Shown here one piece after another: positions 60,706-64,000 of a DNA stretch of 64,000 nt. This DNA is from Patescibacteria group bacterium (lineage in GTDB: Bacteria > Patescibacteriota > Minisyncoccia > Phycocordibacterales > UBA2100). The notes under the pieces are model-generated. The model had not been told where the DNA came from, did not search any database, and saw only the letters and a list, made by a program, of their open reading frames with translations. The position numbers and the translations under genes are program-made. Where the stretch lies: NCBI GenBank assembly GCA_038064835.1, contig JBBTSD010000006.1, forward strand, positions 7,669 through 71,668, written 5' to 3'. The stretch's first letter is position 1. Each line of letters starts with the position of its first letter.

Positions 60706-62103
60706 TTAGGCAAAAACAATTCGAGGTTTTTTCCCGTGAATACAGAGCAATGCCCGGTCTTTCCCCTTTTGGGGCAACTCACCGTATGGAAATAGTTCTA
60801 TCGCCGGCTCAGATATAGTGCCAAGGTCGCCGTGCAGTTTTCGGTACTCGCTGTTGTGTAGTAATAAGCGAGCGACGACAGCTTCTCGGATTCCTTCCGT
60901 ATCGTACGTGCTGGGAGTCGCTCCTTGTTTTAATTCAACAGCGAATACCAGGCGTTCGGATACAGGCCCTGGTTCTGTCCGAGTAAAAGCAAGATACGAG
61001 CCCGTGAAGTGCTCGGGGAGTGTTATCGCAAGATGCTCGGGGTACATATTCAGCGCATAAAGCGTCAGTGCCACATCAGTACGGCCGCTTACGGCAACTA
61101 GCGGAAGTTGTTCCCAGGAAAATCGACCCTTTTTTCGTTTAAAGTCTTCCCCAACATGCAAAACGCCGCGATCGTGAGTATTGTAGCGAACAAGGGGAAC
61201 GGGCATTACTTTAGTAATCAGCAACTCCTCTCCGGCACACTCAAAGTAAACTTGCTTCGGGAGGTAGTTAAAAAGGCCACCGAGCCCACCCTGACCGGCA
61301 AAGATCTGCTCGCGCACCGATGCATCGCGCAATGCTTTTCGACGTAAGGAAATTGTTTTCGGCGTCTCAAATGCCATGGGGCCCGCTTCCGCAGATCCGT
61401 ACAGGTTAATTACACGGTTATCTGCGCCAGGTCGCCCAATAAGCGTTTGCATCTCGGCACGCCACTCTTCTGAATGTTTGTCTCCTGCGGTAAGTATAAA
61501 AAGCGAGGGGTGCGTAATCACATCGTCCGTGTCCATAGTAAACCGACGCACAATGTCCAACAGAAAAGGCGGGTAACCTGCTATGACTATGTGCCTGTAT
61601 GCTGGCCCTAGTGTACGCAAAACAGAGCGAATATCTTTTTCTTCAATACCGGGCGTTGCAACACTCACCACAAAACCTACTCGGCGAAGTGCACGGCATA
61701 CATCGGCAGTAAAAGATCCTGCAATCCAAAGACCCATACCGAAAGTGACAATGACCAACGTTGGTTCTCCTCGCTTAATACCAAAAACCTGTTCAAACAA
61801 AAATCGGTGAAGGTCTGCACCATCTTGAACAGTTTTTTCGTCGCGAAACCAGAAGGTAGAGCTTCCTGATGATCCTGAGCTCGCGTATACCACCTCAGGA
61901 TTACTGAAAGCGACAATTTTTTTAAGAGAAAGGGGTTTTATATAGCTTTCCTTACTTGTGACGGGTAGCGACTCAAACCACGCCTGCGAGGGCGCGCGCG
62001 GAACCTTGATTTTGGCGCGGGCAAGTAATTGCGCGTACGGGCTAAAGCTTTTTGCGACACTATGCGCATATTTCAAAATGAAACGGGGTACCTGTTTCTT
62101 CAT
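60706..62103 (-). CDS. Phenylacetate-CoA-ligase-like adenylating enzyme
   Basis: SSGSSG P-loop, GYPPF, YGSAE, PLVRYN-x-HD, GRTD. Confidence 0.85.
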   Translation of the reverse strand: MKKQVPRFILKYAHSVAKSFSPYAQLLARAKIKVPRAPSQAWFESLPVTSKESYIKPLSLKKIVAFSNPEVVYASSGSSGSSTFWFRDEKTVQDGADLHRFLFEQVFGIKRGEPTLVIVTFGMGLWIAGSFTADVCRALRRVGFVVSVATPGIEEKDIRSVLRTLGPAYRHIVIAGYPPFLLDIVRRFTMDTDDVITHPSLFILTAGDKHSEEWRAEMQTLIGRPGADNRVINLYGSAEAGPMAFETPKTISLRRKALRDASVREQIFAGQGGLGGLFNYLPKQVYFECAGEELLITKVMPVPLVRYNTHDRGVLHVGEDFKRKKGRFSWEQLPLVAVSGRTDVALTLYALNMYPEHLAITLPEHFTGSYLAFTRTEPGPVSERLVFAVELKQGATPSTYDTEGIREAVVARLLLHNSEYRKLHGDLGTISEPAIELFPYGELPQKGKDRALLCIHGKKPRIVFA

Positions 62104-63203
62104 AGTGATGGCGGGTTGCGAAGCGCCTTTAAGAACTGTTGAGAGGATGCCAATCGTTCCTTTTCGTGTTCAGGAGAACGGTATGAGGCGTCAAACATTT
62201 CCTCGAGTGTGAAGTGATAGCGACCGGACGGCATAGGTACTTTTGTCAAAATATGCCGGACGGCATAGGTGACGGCTGCTCCCGCAAACGCCGCTGAGGC
62301 ACCCAGTTGAGGCACTGAAGGTATTGTTTTGCCAATGCGTAGTAGTGAATTGCGCATGCGTTCACCAAGGTATTCTGGGCCAACAACACGCGTCGCTAGC
62401 TCGAGCCACTCGCGATAAGAAATTTTTTCAAGGTCTCCAGGACGGATGTCGTCAATTAGCCCATGGAATAACGGACGATTACGATCTTCGTCAAATCGCT
62501 CAATGTCGAGGATAATGCCATTCCCGTTGTCGGTGGCCATTACCACCGGAATTCTTTCCCGCCGGGCAACCTCGCGAAGACGAATTTTAAATGGGATGGA
62601 CTCTATTTCGTCAACACATACTGACAAGCGAGGCTTGCATAGAAAAGTTTCTATGTTGGCCATAGTAATTCCCTCAGGGAAAATTTCAATGTGCGCAAAT
62701 GGGTCTATCTCCCAAGTAGCACGTGCTGCAACTTCAACTTTCTCCGAACCGACATCCAGCACTGTCGCTCGCAGACGATTGAGATTCGTGATTTCAACCA
62801 CATCGAGGTCTGCGATTTTTAACTCTTTCGGTCCGCCACTCATGACGAGTGTCTGGAGCACTGCAGAGCCGACTGATAACCCCGCAATGCCCACTCTTCC
62901 CTTTCTAAATTCCTGCTGCTCAGTGGCAAGGATAACTTCTCGATTTCGTGCCGTACGAAGTGTAAAGTAATCTTGTTCATTCAGGGTGTGCACTACTGTG
63001 TTGCGCCACGGGAAGTAGATATAGACACCCCGGTCAGCATAAGTGCCCATGAACTTTTCTTCTTGCTGAGCCCTTTCCGGGCCTTGCTTAGGTAGTGTCG
63101 GATTTACCACGGCGCACAATTCGAGTACTGCCGATGTGTATGCGTCAACAATACACACTTGTGCTGGTAGTGCATCTCTATCGATAATGCGAGGGCGCTC
63201 CAT
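62100..63203 (-). CDS. ThiF/E1-like adenylyltransferase (MoeY/Rv1355c N-domain-like)
   Basis: YFPW, RTARN, GLSVG, D-x-D-x2-E-x-TNLNR, DIERFD, PQL. Confidence 0.88.
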   Translation of the reverse strand: MERPRIIDRDALPAQVCIVDAYTSAVLELCAVVNPTLPKQGPERAQQEEKFMGTYADRGVYIYFPWRNTVVHTLNEQDYFTLRTARNREVILATEQQEFRKGRVGIAGLSVGSAVLQTLVMSGGPKELKIADLDVVEITNLNRLRATVLDVGSEKVEVAARATWEIDPFAHIEIFPEGITMANIETFLCKPRLSVCVDEIESIPFKIRLREVARRERIPVVMATDNGNGIILDIERFDEDRNRPLFHGLIDDIRPGDLEKISYREWLELATRVVGPEYLGERMRNSLLRIGKTIPSVPQLGASAAFAGAAVTYAVRHILTKVPMPSGRYHFTLEEMFDASYRSPEHEKERLASSQQFLKALRNPPSL

Positions 63204-63208
63204 AGTAC

Positions 63209-64000
63209 TTAAAGAGGTCGCAAAGAATCAGCGAGGTTGTTGAGTTCGGTAGTCAGCGTGCGGTCGGCAATCACAGCTTTTATTTGTGCTCGCGTATCAC
63301 GATAGAGCTCTCGACCACTGGTTGACAACATTTTTTCTATACCAAGCAAATCAACCGCCTGCGCAAGCGTTACCATTTCTATTGCAAGTACGGTATAGGC
63401 GTTTTCAGTGACCTTGGCCGTAATGAGCGCGGCGTCAGTGCCCATGCTCACTACATCTTGATTGTCCCCATTAGTAGGAATGGAGTGGAGAGAATGCGGA
63501 TATCCGAGTGACTGATTCAGTGCGGTTGTTGAAGTCGCAACAAACTGAAGACCTTGCAAGCCCATAGAAAGGCCGGGTGTCTGCATATTTAAAAATGGCG
63601 CAAATGAATGATTCACATTTTTGTTAAGGAAGTAGTTCACGCGTCTTTCGGACAACATTGTTATCTTGGCCAGACCAACTTTCATGTGATCAACTGCGGT
63701 GGCAACATAATCGCCATGGAAATTTCCTCCATGCAAAAATCGTGTCGTTTTTTTGTCGAGAATCGGGTTATCGGTCACTGAGTTCATTTCAATCTCAACA
63801 ACTCGTTTTGCATTCTGTATCGTCTCATACGCAGGCCCAAGAATTTGCGGAATACAGCGCATTGAATATACCTCTTGCAACACTATGTCAGTCGCGTAGG
63901 TTTCTTTTTGAATTTGCACATACTTCTTCATGTGCTCGCGAGCCCGCATTCGTTTTGAATCTGCTGTTGCTTTGCGCATCAATTCTGCGATGTATATTTG
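63209..64000 (-). CDS. Aromatic amino acid/histidine ammonia-lyase family (partial, 5' end outside window)
   Basis: QEVYSMRCIPQ, NSVTDNP, GGNFHG, NQDVVSMG; frame open to the window edge. Confidence 0.92.
   Translation of the reverse strand, partial: QIYIAELMRKATADSKRMRAREHMKKYVQIQKETYATDIVLQEVYSMRCIPQILGPAYETIQNAKRVVEIEMNSVTDNPILDKKTTRFLHGGNFHGDYVATAVDHMKVGLAKITMLSERRVNYFLNKNVNHSFAPFLNMQTPGLSMGLQGLQFVATSTTALNQSLGYPHSLHSIPTNGDNQDVVSMGTDAALITAKVTENAYTVLAIEMVTLAQAVDLLGIEKMLSTSGRELYRDTRAQIKAVIADRTLTTELNNLADSLRPL

Overview
A 64 kb window of a compact bacterial chromosome that looks like Patescibacteria/CPR, most likely Parcubacteria. This is inferred from the trimmed core proteins, short archaeal-type AspRS, N-domain-only ATP synthase epsilon, Nudix-inserted LeuRS and presence of bL9. 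Housekeeping content: an interrupted F-type ATP synthase operon, guaA, ychF, purC-like, leuS, cysS, gltX, aspS, trpS, rplI, rpmA, mraY-ftsW-murG, scpAB, pepA, corA and a S41 protease. Most notable: (1) an 8-gene cluster at 17.9-25.2 kb with lipid-assembly logic (acyl reductase, split PEP-synthase-like dikinase, UbiA-like, CDP-alcohol transferase, GNAT, phytol/dolichol-type kinase, CarS-like); (2) a candidate small-molecule signal synthase plus receptor cluster at 58-64 kb (ammonia-lyase, ThiF/MoeY-like, CoA ligase, nitroreductase, membrane histidine kinase); (3) an unannotated ~420 nt hairpin-rich transcription unit with a consensus promoter and terminator upstream of gltX; (4) about 15 genes with a -10 hexamer exactly 6 nt before the ATG and no Shine-Dalgarno (leaderless signature), whereas several orphan genes use SD leaders; (5) a clan-CD-type peptidase lipoprotein inserted in the atp operon. 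No rRNA, tRNA, CRISPR array or transposase was recognised. All calls come from reading motifs by eye; no database searches were run.
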